DNA of 64,000 nucleotides, from NCBI RefSeq assembly GCF_009914755.1, contig NC_060932.1. One strand, 5' to 3'. Shown piece by piece: positions 1-15,123 of this stretch. A program made the position numbers and the translations under genes. Numbering within the stretch: position 1 is the first letter of the stretch; the number at the start of each line of letters is the position of its first letter. The notes beneath the pieces are model-generated. The model had not been told where the DNA came from. It saw only the letters and a program-made list of their open reading frames with translations, and did not search any database. Origin of the DNA: the human T2T-CHM13v2.0 reference genome, Homo sapiens.

Positions 1-3000
1 CTTTGGTCAAGTATAGGGAGGTGGGGTAGGGGCTGGATGGGCAGTCAGGCCACCACTGCAGAGGTCCCAGAGAAAGGTGAAGATGGCATGGGCTGACTGA
101 AGAACACTCAGGAGGTGACTGCAGTCCATGACAAGACAACGTCATCTGATTATCAATGTACACAAATGATGATCCTAAAATATTTGAAAAGAACCAAAAT
201 AGTTCAAATAATAATATTATTTTCATTATCTAATCCTCAGTACAAAGAGCTTATTTAAAAGAGAAGTCAGTTCTAGGCTTGTCAAAATGAAGTGCAAATT
301 AAATTTATAGGTGTAAATCCAAATTTTCCTAACCTGAAACCATTCTTAACACATGGCCATAAAATTTTCACTTCTTGCTACAGAACTAACAAGTTATAAT
401 ACTCATCTTTGCATAAATCCAGATAACATTTTAATTTTTGCCATGAGACTAGCTTTAATATGAGACCGTCAAGGTCTCTGATTACTCTGTCTTCCAGTAA
501 GGTTCTAGCAACTAAACTTGAAGGATGCCTAGGCATGAGACAGAGCAGCAGAGTGTATCTTAGGCCAATGCTCCAGGGAAACACTGGCGGTCATCTGTAA
601 GAGGCTGTGCAGCCTGGGCCCCTGGCTTCGAGGTCATTCTCTGCCACTCTGGCCTGGGCTATACACTCCAAACCAGCCTATAACCTCGATGCTTGGCCCA
701 GGGATGCTACCCTTCCCACCTTCACATTTCTCTTCCAATCAACTGCTCAAAAAGAGTCAAGTTTTGGAAAGCGAATACAAGATGGCTATTTTTGGTACAA
801 TACTTGAAAAATCATAATTGAGATGAAGATTTAAAAAGAGGAAGTAAGAAAGGCAGTTCTAAAAGTTGTCTCACTGAAATGAATTTCTATCTAGATTATT
901 TCTACCATCTCAAAACTCTACTGTGCTTGAAGTTCAGAGCCTAGATTTATTTCCCAGCTTTACTGCCATGGGCAAATCACCACTTCTCTGTGCCTTAATT
1001 TTTCTCCCCTTCATGGGAGGTAAGTGGTATCTATAAACGAACAGCTAGCTCGTAGTGGACTCTCAACAAATTTTTGCTAAATCAGAATTAAATTCTACTG
1101 TATTTAAAACCTAGAAATGAGAATGCCCTAAACACTCCAGCTTCACCTTAACTCTAGACCTAACTGCAATCACAATGGTCCATGAAGGGAACTTGCACTG
1201 TGTTTGCAAGTGCCCTGAGAAACCTCCGATTCTCAGCAGGATTAGGCTCTTGGCTTTCATTTCTCACGCTAGTTAATAGGTTGGCTCCCTAAAATGCTTC
1301 CCCCAGCATCCACTTCCTAATTTCCACTAATGTCTGACACGGTAATACAGAGATAATCAAGACACAATTCTCCCCCAGATCAGAAAATTTCCTATTAGAA
1401 CAGAAACAGCTACTGAGTTTATGCCTGAAGTCGTAAAGCTTTCATTGCTAATGACACATTTACATCACTCAAATCTTACAAAAATCTCAGGCAACACAGT
1501 TTTTCTTAAAGTAGTAATCTCAACTTTCTCAATGTCATAAACCTAATGGCTGTAAGACTTTTTCTTATTTTGAGATACACTTAGTACTACTTATCTTGGT
1601 GATTTATAATTAAATTTTAATAATAATAAAATTTCAATAAGATGAAATAAAAACAAATGCTGTTTCAAATTACTATAAAATCTCTTTTACCATAAATATT
1701 ATGCTTATAACTTAGATAATTCTCCTAAAAGTTTATTTTTCCAGAGTTGGATCATGTAGTTTATTATTCTATAAAGTTACCTCTTTTACACTAACAACAA
1801 ATGTATTCTTTTACATTAACTGTTTTCGTAGTTGTCTCATATCCTTAGTGAAACATGGCAAAGTAATAAATCAGGTGACTATTCTAGAAAAATTAATGCA
1901 TAGGATACACTTAAAATTTTCAAAAACAGAATTTGATACTATAAGAAGAAAGTATAAAACTTTTTACCTTTCTGGGGTTTATAAGGCTAATATCAGAAAA
2001 GCTGAGTTAAAAGCAGACCTCACTATTTTATGAGTGTGATCAATAGGAAAAAAATATGACTTTGTTCATTGTTTCTTAGAGAAGTAATCCAAGAGAAAAT
2101 TTTATCCCTGGGGCTCTCTGCCACTCACAGGACACCTGTCAATCTTGGCAATAGCCTTTAGCTATCCATACAGAGACTCGGCATGTCCCTCTCTTGCCCA
2201 AATTAGGCTAACCTCATCTGCATTGACATCAGTGTCTATAATTTTGGAATCCCATGGACAGAAATAGTCTATCACAGAGTTCTTTATACAAATGTAGTGT
2301 CTGTAGAAAACTATAACCAAATTTGCGACAGAAAAAATGTGAACACTATAGTAAAAACCCTCCAACTGTGCTCTCATTGTTTTGAATTCCAGCCCACTTT
2401 AATAACAAGTAATAAATCAGAGTAAGGTTTTGGTTTATTTCTTTTACTAAAAACCAAGGCTTATTATTCTTCAAATGGTATGAATTTTAAGTGACATGAA
2501 ACTAAGAAAAAAGCTTCCATAACAAAAAATTATTTAAAAGCTATGGTACTATGAGAGTTTTGCCATTCAATTAAGACCTTTCTGTAATACTGACTTAGAG
2601 CTCTGAATTTTTTGTCATGTAGTATCCGAATATTTGATGAAAATGTCATGTGATTTCTCCTAGTATAAAGAAGTAAAAAAAAAAATCTTGACACTTTACC
2701 AACAATTCAAGTCTTCAGGTCCAGAAAACATCACCTTATGATACTAAAAGCACTTAGAAAGTCTCTGGTGACATTCTTAAGAACCAAACAGAGCCCCATG
2801 CTACAATTAGGCACACTCCTAGTTGAACAAACACACCCAGAGATAAAGTATTTGGGCGGAAATACTTTCCCACCCAATTCTTCAAACTAGTGGAAGAATT
2901 CTAGAAGTAGCCAACAAGACTCTTCATTAGATCTTGTCTTGTTCCACAGTTTATTTACTGGCATGTAGATCAGAAAAACATATAGCAAATCTGCATATAA

Positions 3001-3008
3001 AACACAAT

Positions 3009-3091
3009 AGGTATATCAGCATGCTGAATTACAAAATTAAAAAAATTAAAGGTATGTCAGTATGCTGAATTTCAAAAATTTAAAAAAAATT
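3009..3091. repeat. Diverged 2-copy tandem repeat, ~41-bp unit
   Basis: aggtatatcagcatgctgaattacaaaattaaaaaaatt / aggtatgtcagtatgctgaatttcaaaaatttaaaaaaaatt. Confidence 0.8.
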
Positions 3092-3269
3092 GTCTGCATT
3101 TTGATATACAATAAATTGCATACCTATAAAACAATGAAAATAAGTTTTTAAAGTTTCCTAAAAAAAAAAAAAAAGGCAAATATGGTTAAATTCTAAATGA
3201 GAGATAATAAGTGAAGACAATCTTAGGAGGCAATGAGATCAGGTACGTTTCCAAATCAAGGATGCTCCA

Positions 3270-3700
3270 CTATCTTCAATACGGGCCACATAAGAATGAA
3301 TTCAGTTCTGAATACCACTGCAGATGATGCATGATTACATGCATATTTTAATGTCGACAGGGATACAATATAAGGAATAGTTTTAAAACTGAAGCTTTAG
3401 GCAAAGAAACAAAAAGAAAGACAGAATAGGTGTTAAACTGCTGTAACATAAAATAACCTAAGAAGAAGTCTACCTTTATTTTGGGAAATTACATAAGGCA
3501 GAAGTAGGACCAGGAGCACAAGTTTGTTAAAAACAGAATTTGACTCTTATTTCCTAAGAACTTTCTACAGCTTCTTACAACTTTCTACAATTAAAATCAT
3601 GTAAGGATCTGCCTCAAACTAGCCTCTGTTCAGGGGCTTTTCGGGTAGGCTAGAACAAATGACTTTCAAGGTCTCTGCCAATTCTAAGGCTCTACAGTAA
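3270..3700 (+). mobile_element. Ancient L3/CR1-like remnant
   Basis: ttcagttctgaataccac and the terminal aaggtctctgccaattctaaggctctac resemble CR1/MIR3 motifs; very degraded. Confidence 0.35.
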
Positions 3701-6700
3701 TGTAACTGACAGCTCATAAGTGCTTATAGGCTAACAATTTTAATTTTAAACTTTAAACTGATGGCAAACTTGAACCAAATCATGACAAATTTTTGTACTA
3801 GTAATCTGAAAATGCTATCACTCACAACTCTGTGAAATGAAAAATGGAAACATTCTTTTTCCATACACAAAAGATAAATAAGATTAGCATGGCATGAATG
3901 CACCTTCTTCAATTTAATAATGAAAGAAGTCTTTCTAAGAAAGCTACTGTTATCAAAGGCTCCTCAATGGGACAGTGCACCCACCACCACACCCCACAAG
4001 ACCAAGCCACATGAACTTCCTCAAAACTACTATGGCAACTAAGTGGTTACAGTGTTTATCTTGAAAGATACTTTTTTTAATGAGACCGATTTGTAGGTGA
4101 GGGAAAAAAAAAAAACTTCACCTATAAGTAGTATTATAAACAGACCAATACTTGTAGGCAAATATAAATTATAACATAGACATTAAGGAGAAAAACACCA
4201 ATCTTGGCAGAAATAGGATAAATTTTAAAAGAAGACTTCTGAATAAGAATGGTAACTGTCCATAATTGCCTGTCTCTCCAAACCAGTGTAGAAGTCCAAA
4301 AATTTTCTGAAGTATACTTGAGGCACTTTGAATTGAATAGTACTATTTCATCTCCACATATAACATTGCAAAAGAGAGAGACACACACACAGAGATTGAG
4401 ATCTTCACTGTGTTAGGCACAAGGGAAATAATGTGAATGAGACACAGTCCTTGCCTTTACACAGCTTAAGTTTTTGTGGGGGCTACAAACAATCAGCATA
4501 ACAACAAGTAATTACAATTACATGTAAATCCAGAGTGCTATAAGTACCAAGTATGACAATTAACCCAGGATTTGTTAACATCAAAGAAGACTACCAGGAA
4601 AAATGCGACAATGTAATCTCATCCTTAAAAATGATGAATAAGAGCTTGTCAGGTACAGGCAGTGGGGAAAAGAGCCCCAGGCAGAAAGAGCAATATGTAC
4701 AAATTATCAGAGGTGAGCTAAATCTTCGCCAGCAAAAAACATAAACAAGATTCAATAAATTATAAGGTAACTGGTACTGGACTAGCTCTCCCATTATATA
4801 AACAACTAAAAAGTTAAGCTTTCAATATGAGATACATGAAACATTGTTTTCAGATGTTAGACAGCAAGTACTGCAGGACTTTGATCCTTGAGAGAATGGA
4901 AAAAACCAAGGTAAGCCCTAACATTGCCCAGGCTCCTTCCTATAGGCAGTCGCCAAACCTGAAAGCAAGGCACAATCCTGCAGAGCACAGCGGTCTCACA
5001 AAGCTAAGGACACAGAGACTGCAGCTCAGGGAGGCTGAGGTACCTGGAATTTGCAGGGCTGAATGCCAGAGAGGAGGGAGCTGTGAGGACAAGGAGCTCC
5101 AGAAGTCTGATGGTGGATCCCCTTGAATCTTTGGCTGAATACTAAGCTGAGTATGTGTAGGATTAGACTCCATGAGGCCAGAAAAATAATAACTACCAGG
5201 GAAAGAACAACTACAGGAGAGTTCAGAGTTCCAACCAACCACAGAGAAGAGACCTCAGGGAATACCTGGGACATTCCATAGAGATTCCAGAAATGCCATA
5301 CCGTTAGGAGGTACTAGTCCATCAGCGTAGAAAGCCCTATCAGAAACACTAACAAAACTTACAATAAGCGTAAAGGGATCAGGTGGATCTGCAAGTCACT
5401 AAACTGCCTACCAGAACAGAATTTAACATTCTTTAAAAGATGACAAATCAAAAATTACAAATTAGTAGGGAAAATAAAAAAGTCACCTCAAAACTGGGGT
5501 GGAGGGGAGTGTTCAATAAAAACAAACCCAAAAATGATTAAGATAATAGAATTGGTAGACAAAGACTTCTTAAATGTTATTGTAAATATGTACAAAGATT
5601 TAAAGGAAAACATGTACACAATGAAAAAAAAGAAACTAAAAAAATGGATCATCTATAGCTGAAAAATACAGTATCTATGCTAAGAAATTCACAGTTGGGC
5701 TTAATAGCAAACAAAACACAATATAAGAAAAGATCAATAGAAATTACCTAACCTGATGCACACAGAGAAACAAAAGCCAAAAAATAAATAAATAAATAAA
5801 TAAAAACTAAAAAAAAAAACATGAATCTGAACCTGTGAGCCTGCGGGACAACATCAAGCAGTGGAGTAATTAGACTCCAAAAAGGAATGTAAAAGATAGC
5901 AAACATACTTGAAGCAATAATGATGAAATATTTTTCTCATCTGATAACAACTATCAATCCATATGTCAAAGCAGGTTAAACGAACTCCAAACATAAAAAA
6001 ACACAAAGAAAACTATACCTAGATACATAGCAATCAAATGCTGAAAATCCAAAAGCAGACAATGACATTACAAGAAAATAAAACCATAGACTAATATCCC
6101 CTATAAACACAGATAAAACAATCATTTAGAAAACATTAGTAAATCAAATCCATTAGCATATAAAAAGGAAATACATTATGAGAAGTGGCAATTATCCTAG
6201 GAATCTAAAGCTGATTTAGCATTCAAAAAACAATAAATGTAATTCAACATTAACAGAATTAAGAAAAATCATACAATCAGTTCAATTGGTAAGAAAAATG
6301 CATTTGACAAAATTCAATAGTCATTATGATAAACAATCTTAATAAACTAAGAATAAAAGAAAACTTCTTCACCATATAAAGGACATCTATTAAAAAAATC
6401 CATAGCCATCATTGTACTTAACAATAAGACTAAATATTTTTGCCCTAAGATCACAAGCAAAGTTGCTCTACCACTTCAACATGGTACTGAAAGTCAAAGC
6501 CAATAAATACATTAAGGCCACAAAAAGAAAAAGCATAAGGCATATAAATTAGAAACAAAGAAAAAACTGTCTTTTGTGCAGACAACATGACTGTCCATGT
6601 AGAAAATCCTAAAGACCCTACAAAAGAGCTACTGGAACTAATAAAAATTAGTACGGTCAATAGACACAAGTTTGATATTAAAAAAATCAACTGTATTTCT

Positions 6701-6833
6701 ATATATTAGTAAAAAATGATTGGAAAATGAAATTTTAAAAATACCATTTGCAATCATAACCATAAACATAAAATACTTATGGATAAAATCAATAGGATAT
6801 ATGCATGATCCATACAATGAAAACTACAAAACA

Positions 6834-7286
6834 TAGTATGGGGTTGAATTGTGTCCCCCCAAAAGATATGTCAAAGTCCTAACCCCCAGGTGCCTGTAAA
6901 TGTGACCTCATTTGGAAACAGGTTTTTGCAAATGTAATCAAGTTAAGATGAGGGCATACTGGGTTAGTGTGGGCTCTAAATCCAATGACTAGTGTCCCTC
7001 TAAGAACAGGGAAATTTGGACAGACCACACAAATGCACAGGGGAGAAGCCCATGTGAAGATAGAGGCAGAGATTGTAGTGATTTATTTATAAGCCAAAGA
7101 ACACCAAGGATTGCTATCAACCACTAAAAAGAAGCTAGAAGAGGCAACTGCCTCCGGGGGGCAAGGCCTTGGCTGACAACTTGATTTCAGACTTCCAGCC
7201 TCCAGAAGTGTGAGACAGATAATTTCTGTTGTTTTAAGCCACCGAGGTTTTGATACTTTGTTTTAACAGCCCTAGTTACTAATACA
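6834..7286 (+). mobile_element. MLT1 (MaLR) solo LTR, MLT1B/C-like
   Basis: 5' ggttgaattgtgtccccccaaaagatatg; 3' cagccctagttactaataca. Confidence 0.85.
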
Positions 7287-7821
7287 TATGTTTACGGACT
7301 GGAAGACTCAATACTGTCAATTTTCCCTTAATTGTTCCATAAATTCAATGCAGTCTCAAAATCCCAGCAGACTTTTTTTTAGAAATTTGATGCCCAACAA
7401 AGGTACCAAAGTAATTCAGGGGAAAGTATAGTCTTTTCAATACATGACACTGGAAAAACTATATAAATATTTTTTAAATGAATAAAATAAATTTTAAAAT
7501 GAGTCTAACAATCTCATGCCATACAAAAAAATTAAAAATGAATTATATATTTAAACATAAAGACTAAAATAATAAAATTTCTAAGAAAATGTATGAGAAT
7601 ATATCCATAATCTAGGGTTAAGTAAAGATTTCTAGACACAAGAACACCAATCACAAAAGGAAAAAAAAAATGTGTTAATTGGACTTCACTAAAACTAAAA
7701 ACCTCTGTTCTTCAAAACACAGTGTTAAGATATAAAAAGGCACAGACTCAGAGAAAATTATCTGTAGTATGTAAGTCTGATAAAGAACTTGTACCAAAAA
7801 AAGGCAGAATAAAAGAATTAG

Positions 7822-8310
<489 letters not shown>

Positions 8311-9594
8311 TAATCATCAGATAAATGCAAACCAATGTAACTACAAGATACTATTAACCACAAGAATGGCTAAAATTGAAAACTGACAATATCTCGTGTT
8401 ATCAAGGATGTGGAGCAATTAGAACGCTCATGCTAATTAAAATGTATATATGAAAAATAACTTGAACACAAATATTCATACCAGTTTTATTCCTAAAAGT
8501 CAAAGCTGGTAACAACATAAGCATTCATCAACTGATGAATGGATAAATTGTGGCATATCCATACAACAGAATACTACTCAGCAATAAGATAGGGCAAACT
8601 ACTAATACATGCAATGAAATAAATAAATATCAGAAACACTGAGCTAAGTGAAAGAAGCCAGGGAAAGAGAAAGTATACTCTATGATTCCATTTATATGAA
8701 GTTCTAACAGGCAAAACTAATCAATAGTGATAGAAGTCAGATCAGTGGTTGTCTGGGGCAGGGGCTGGGGGGAACCTATGGCAAAGGGCCCCAAAAGAAC
8801 TTTTTGGAGTGACTAAAGAGTACAATATCTTGATTGGAGTACTAGTTGCATGAGTGTACCTGCTTGTTAAAATTAATCAAACTGTATGTCAATTATCCCT
8901 CAAAAAACTGAATTTCAGAAAGAGGAGCAAAATCCACCCCACCCCCAACCCCCAGAGGAAATTTAGCATAATTACTAATAGAATTTAAAGTTAAATTGGG
9001 AGCAACAAGAGGGTTGAGACCACAGGAGTAATCAAAACTGTCAACCATAATAGGGAGTCTGAATTGCATGCAAAGACAAAAGGAAGTCACTGAGAGGTTT
9101 CATCCAGGAGACTAATACACATTTTGGAAAAAATACTCTAGGTCCCAGAGTGGAATGGATTAACACAGCGGAAGACTTCACTCTTCAGGGAGATCTGTAA
9201 GAAAGCTATTGCCTTAATCCAGAAGAGAAGATGGTCTAGACTAGGGTAGTAAACAGGAGAATAGAGAAATGTGACGGGATTTAAGAGGTTGATTTGCTTT
9301 AATGTTAGGAGAGGTTAAGTGTCTGGATACTAAGGACAACTGAGTGGAAATATTCACTCATGGCTGGGCATGGGTCTCACGGCCTGGAAAGAGAGCTGGG
9401 CTGGAGAGAGGGACCTGGAGTAATCCTCTGCCAATCAAGACTGCTAAGTAGGATTACCCAAGGAGAGAAGTGAAGACAGCTAAAATCAAAACCTTTAGGC
9501 TCACAGACAGAAAAGGACTGGGAGGGCCAAAGGCCAAAACTCACAATTGGTAACTATTCAAACTAAATAGCAGCCCCTGAAGATAGCTGTTTTT

Positions 9595-10337
9595 TGAGAC
9601 AGAGCAGGGACTCCCTTTTTTAGGGACTCACAAAGGAAAATCCTTAAGTTCCTTCAAGGGAAATTCCAGGCATCTAGCTAGCCCCAGAGGTAACTACTAA
9701 CTAGAACAAGAAGGTAATAGTAGCCTAAAACAACAGCCAAAGAAGTTAAAGCTCCAGAGATGTTTGCTTTCCCTATAGAAACTAAAAATAACATCTGAAC
9801 ATATGTCCCTGAATTGTCTTTCAGAGGCTCGGACCCCCCACCTAACAGATCCACTGGCACCTGGAGTCCAGATAAGGAGACAGTGAAAACTAAACTTTAT
9901 AACTGCTTTTTGTTCTAAGTTTCTTCCTGCAGTGCTTGGAGAAAGTCACACCCCCTAGCCAGTTAACATTTTTCTACTGACCCTAAATTTTTAAACAAAG
10001 CTGCTCTTCCTTAACTAATGGCAAATCTGAAGATCTTTGAATCTACCTGCAACATGTAAGCCCCTGCTTCAAGATATCTCAACCTTTTAAACTTAAACCA
10101 ATGTGTAATCTCCCTGTATTGAAGTATGATTTTGCCTGTAGCTTCTGCTTTCCTGAAACTCACCCCTGTGTTTAAAAATCCTTGCCTGCAAGTCACTGGG
10201 GAGGCCAGGATTTGAGCATTTAGCTGCCTGTCCTCCCTGCTTAGCACTCTGCAGTAAACACCTATTGCTGTGTTCCTCTGTGTGGGTATTTGGTTTTACT
10301 GTGCCAGGTGAGTAGGCCCTAGTTTGGTTCTATAACA
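9595..10337 (+). mobile_element. ERV1 solo LTR, MER39/MER34-like
   Basis: TG...CA termini (tgagacagagcaggga...gtttggttctataaca) and internal motifs typical of this group. Confidence 0.7.
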
Positions 10338-10686
10338 TTCTCTCTCACACACATACATACCAGTAACATTCCTCTCCCTCTCACACCTCAGTAAGGTTAA
10401 AACCAGAAAGACGCCACTTTGAATACAATATAAAAATAAAGTGACAAGAAGGCCCTTGCTCAACGAACATCAAACAGAAACTCCTTTTAGGGCTTAAAGT
10501 TTCGTCCAGTGCTAGGCTAGAAAAAGAACATTAGGTTCAAACCCTCTCCATCCCCTCATCTGCTCCTTTAGTGCCTTCAGAAGATGAAAGCAAGCTATTG
10601 CAGCTAACATCAAAAATTCTTTCATTCGAGTCTAAAACAGACACGAACAGACACTGACTTAGTAGTCAAAAATACACAGTGGCAGA

Positions 10687-10850
10687 ATCAGATAGAGTCG
10701 TGCACCCCTTTTGTCCCATCAACTCAGGAGGTTGAGGCAGAAATTCAGGCCTATGATCACAACTTTGACTAGTGACTCCAATCCAGCCTGGGCAACACAG
10801 TGAGACCCCCAAAGGCGACAAAAAATAAAAACAAAAAACACACCAAAACA
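10687..10850 (+). mobile_element. Fossil Alu monomer (FAM-like), internally deleted
   Basis: ctatgatcacaactttgactagtgactccaatccagcctgggcaacacagtgagacccc resembles the FAM segment CTATGATCGCGCCTGTGAATAGCCACTGCACTCCAGCC; A-rich tail. Confidence 0.6.
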
Positions 10851-11802
10851 AAATCTGTGTTCCTATTATTACTGTTAACTGGGTGGAGTGAATGAAACTA
10901 TTTAGCAAAGTCTCTAAGAATACTTCCATTTCCAACAATGGACTAGTTTAGAAACACAACTCTACCACTGAAAACAACTAAAAATGCTGGAAGATATTGA
11001 AAATATATTCTGAAATGAATCCATGAGCAGTTAAGAAAATAATTATTCTGACAAAAACAGTAAAAGAAGGAATGCAACAAGTAAAGTAATGAAGCTGGCT
11101 TTCAACTCAAGGTCAAATTAAAGTGGGTGAACCTGAGTTTTAGGATTTTCACAACCTCATGGGTCAATGGAACAAAAACTGACAAAGCCAAGGACCTGAC
11201 CAAAGTATAGAGCACCCCCCAGTAACTCTTACTAACGGAATACAATGAGCAATAATCATTATATTCTACACTCATTTAAAAAAAAAACAGCTTGAATCAA
11301 AAATAAGTAAATAAATAAATAGAAGTAATAGCTTGAGTCAAATTATGTGCAATTTGATAACCATCAGCTAGGAGAACATGATACAAATTTATGCAGGCTG
11401 GCAAAAAGATCTCTTGGATTTGTTACCCATTTTGATGAGCTTAATTGCAAAGGCAATTAAGACTAACAGCAATGTAACTTAAGGAACTCTAACTAGAACA
11501 GTGTATAAAAAGCAGTTTAGTAAGGTTCAGGAAAAAACTATTTTCTCTTAACACCATTTGTTTACATTTAATAAAGTAAGAGGACATGAAGCCTTCTGTA
11601 TTTAGCATATGTAATTATAACACTTTGTTTAAAATAGAAGAGACAAAAAATTAAGAAGTCAAAAATAACTTAATTTGCATTGAAGTACATGGTACTTCTT
11701 GTTCGAAAGAAATTCATTTATGATCAACACTCTACAAAGAAATTTAAAAGTTAAGCCACATGATCTAACATCAACAAAACTTTCTCATTAAGAAAATACT
11801 TT

Positions 11803-12055
11803 GTTCACAAACACAGAAAGTAGAATAGAGGTTGCCAGAGGCTGGGGAGAGCAGGGAATAGCAAGTTATTGTTTAAGGGGTACAGAATTTCTGTTTGGGA
11901 TGATGAAAAAGTTCAGAAAACAGATAATGGTGATCACTGCACAACACTGTGAATGTACTTAATGCTACCAAAGTTCTGCACTTCAAAATCATTAAAATGG
12001 CAAGTTTTATGTTAGGCATATTTTACCACAATAAAAAAATGCAAAAGAAAAAAGT
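11803..12055 (+). mobile_element. L1MA/MB 3' end
   Basis: acagaaagtagaatagaggttgccagaggctgggg...ttttaccacaataaaa. Confidence 0.8.
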
Positions 12056-12139
12056 ATTTTCATGTTAATTCATTAAAGTTAGGAATTCTCTCTAGTCTGA
12101 AATTCATGCAAACAAATATGCTCTTAAAATTGGACCAGG

Positions 12140-12300
12140 GGAGCACTGGCTTTGGGTCATCTGATCACTGATTCAAATCCAGTGTTTACTCTTCCTAACT
12201 ACGGAGTCTTCATACAAGTTATATTCTAAACCTCAGTTTTCTCCACCAGGATAATGGGAAGGTACTTGGACAGTTGTTACAAGGATTAAAATAGATACTG
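12140..12300 (+). mobile_element. MIR
   Basis: Core motif ttcaaatcc...caagtta...cctcagttttctcc. Confidence 0.6.
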
Positions 12301-12424
12301 ATGGTATTCATAAAAATAATCCAGGAAGATAACCAAGTTGTTTTTATCCAATTCTCTCGCAAGTCCAAATAAAGTCATCAATTAAAACTTGCAAACCTGA
12401 AAAATCATCTCTCTTTAACTAGTA

Positions 12425-12848
12425 TGATATAGTTCGGATATTTGTCCCTGCCCAATCTCATGTTGAAATGGAATCCCCAATGTTGGAAGTGCAGCCTGGT
12501 GGGAGGTGTTTGGATCATGGGGGTGGATCCCTGATGAAAGGGTCCGGGCCATCCCCTTGTTGATAAGTGAGCATTCTGGGTTCACTCATCTGGTCGTTTT
12601 AAAAGTGTGTGGCACCTCCCCCTCCCCACACTCTCACTTGCTCCTGCTTTTGCCACATAATGTGCCTGTTCCTGCTTTGCCTTCTGCCATGATTGAAAGC
12701 TCCCTGAGGCTTCACCAGAAGCCAAACAGATGCCAGCACCATGCTTCCTATAAAGCTTGCTGAACCGTGAGCCAAGTACACCTCTTTTCTTTATAAATTA
12801 CTCAGACTCAGGTATTTCTTTGTAGCAAAGCAAGAACAGCCTAATACA
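12425..12848 (+). mobile_element. MST (MaLR) solo LTR, MSTA-like
   Basis: tgatatagttcggatatttgtccc...cagcctaataca. Confidence 0.88.
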
Positions 12849-14197
12849 CAGTGCTCTGATAATATATTCAGGCATATCGATGACTTGATTCAATTCTTTA
12901 AAATGATTTCTGCCTCTCTACAGAGCAGACATTACTCAACCTTGTTCCCATTGCTCCCATTTAAATGGCCAGCTTCTCTAAGTTACAGCAACAGACAGAC
13001 ATGGTACTTTAAAAAGAAATAAACTGAAGATTCATTATCAAGTAAAAGTTTGACCATAGTGCTCCCCTTTTCAAGTTCTGGCTAGCCAGCACTCTTGGTA
13101 CTCAACGTAATAGTCAATTTTCAGTCAGCTGCATCAGTAATCAGGTGTGCATTTAACAATGTTAAACCAGTCAGAAATTTTCCCAAGTGTTTGACAGTCT
13201 AAATCACAAATTTACTTTCAGGAGACAAGACATGGCTGGAATAGGTGGTGTTTAATCTTTTGAAGAATGACAAACCCCTTTTAATGGCAAAATAGTTTGC
13301 ACACACCCACAAGATAGGCCTTTTTCTTCTGGTATCCACTGAGAAAAGTACAAAATAGCATAACATTATTGTGAATTTATGTTTAAATGGATTTAATTCA
13401 TCACAACAGTATTTATATTTGAAATATGCTTATATATATGTATGAGAGTTTTTAAGTTTACTTTCTGAAATATACATGAATTCATGAAGCTCCTGTCAAT
13501 TCCCAAATTCTCTTGGGATTTGCCACCAGCAGTTGGGAACCATAGGACAGAGGATACGATTGGGAGAACAAACCAGCAGAGGCAAGGTGTGTGTATATGC
13601 ATCTCTCCTTGCACCTCTCCTACACACAGACACACATACACATTCTAGAAAAAATATGCATCATTCAGTATACCAACATATCTCTTTTAATATGCTGATA
13701 TAATTCAAACTAATATGGTAAGAAAAATCTATATGACAAAGGTTTAAAAGGGGACACAGCAAAGAACATACAATATGTAACCCTCTTATCAAACTGCATA
13801 CACCAGCACTTTATCACACATCCTTCTCTAGCCAACAGCATGATATTTTGTATTACAAAGACAGAATATCATTTTTAAAGTCTCTCTCATGGCACAAATT
13901 TAATTCTAATATTTCATTTTTTAACCCTATACCTACCCTAATTCAAGCCAAATAGTTACTCATGATTTCCTGAACATGGCTGGGGCATTACCACTGTCAT
14001 ACTTTTACCCAATTTATTTCCTCATTTTAGAATGAATTCCCTCCATCCCAAGAAAGTCGTGTCAACTTTAACATCTCTAAAACATAGGTATAAAGAGAAA
14101 AATGAAATTCAGTCATATTTGGACACCAGAATTGCTTATTTCAAGATTTACTGGAGAAGCTTTAAAAACCCCAAAATAAGTAATTTGAGAAAGCTGA

Positions 14198-14512
<315 letters not shown>

Positions 14513-14515
14513 AAG

Positions 14516-14815
14516 TTTTCTTTTATTTTGAGATGGGATCTTGCTCTGTCACCCAAGCTGGAGTACAGTAGTGTGATCAAGGCTCACTGCAGCCATGACC
14601 TCCTAGGCTCAAGTGATCCTCCTGTCTCTCATCCTCTCAAGTAGCTGAGGTCACACCTGTGTACCACCATGCCCAGCTAATTTTTGAAAAAATTTTTGGT
14701 AGAGATGGACTCTCCCTATATTGCCCAGGCTGATTTGGAACTCCTGGACTCAAGCAATCCTCCTGCCTCAGCCTCCCAAAGTGTTGGGATTACAGGTATA
14801 ACACTGTGCCCAGCC
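14516..14815 (-). mobile_element. AluJ
   Basis: AluJ-type motifs (ggctcaagtgatcctcc); TSD aaagctgaaagttt at 14190-14203 and 14816-14829. Confidence 0.88.
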
Positions 14816-15123
14816 AAAGCTGAAAGTTTTAATTCATTGTATGAACAGTTAAGAATCAGTTGGATATAGTACAAGCAGTTTATGGGTGATGACTAATATA
14901 TATTTAAAGAGCCCCTTATTTAGAACCTGGGATACAAACTGGTACCACAGTAGCTTTGCTTATTTGAGGTAATGCTTCAAGTACATTTGATTTTAAAATT
15001 ATGACTCATGTTCACTGAAAAGTTTCTAAAGTGTTGAGCAGAAAACAATTTTCAAAAGTAGTCAAGTAAACATTTAATTGAGCAGCAGAGATTACCCTAT
15101 ATAAAGAAAATAAAATATGGTGC

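Noticed and set aside
1-2500. Alternative PDE7A2 first exon or promoter
   Set aside because: An alternative hydrophobic N-terminal exon (MGITLIW...) is known for PDE7A, but I could not find it in this window. It probably lies beyond the left edge, and no promoter can be supported here from sequence alone.
12900-13400. Non-repetitive stretch that might be a conserved enhancer (similarly 48340-48720)
   Set aside because: Cannot be supported without conservation or chromatin data.
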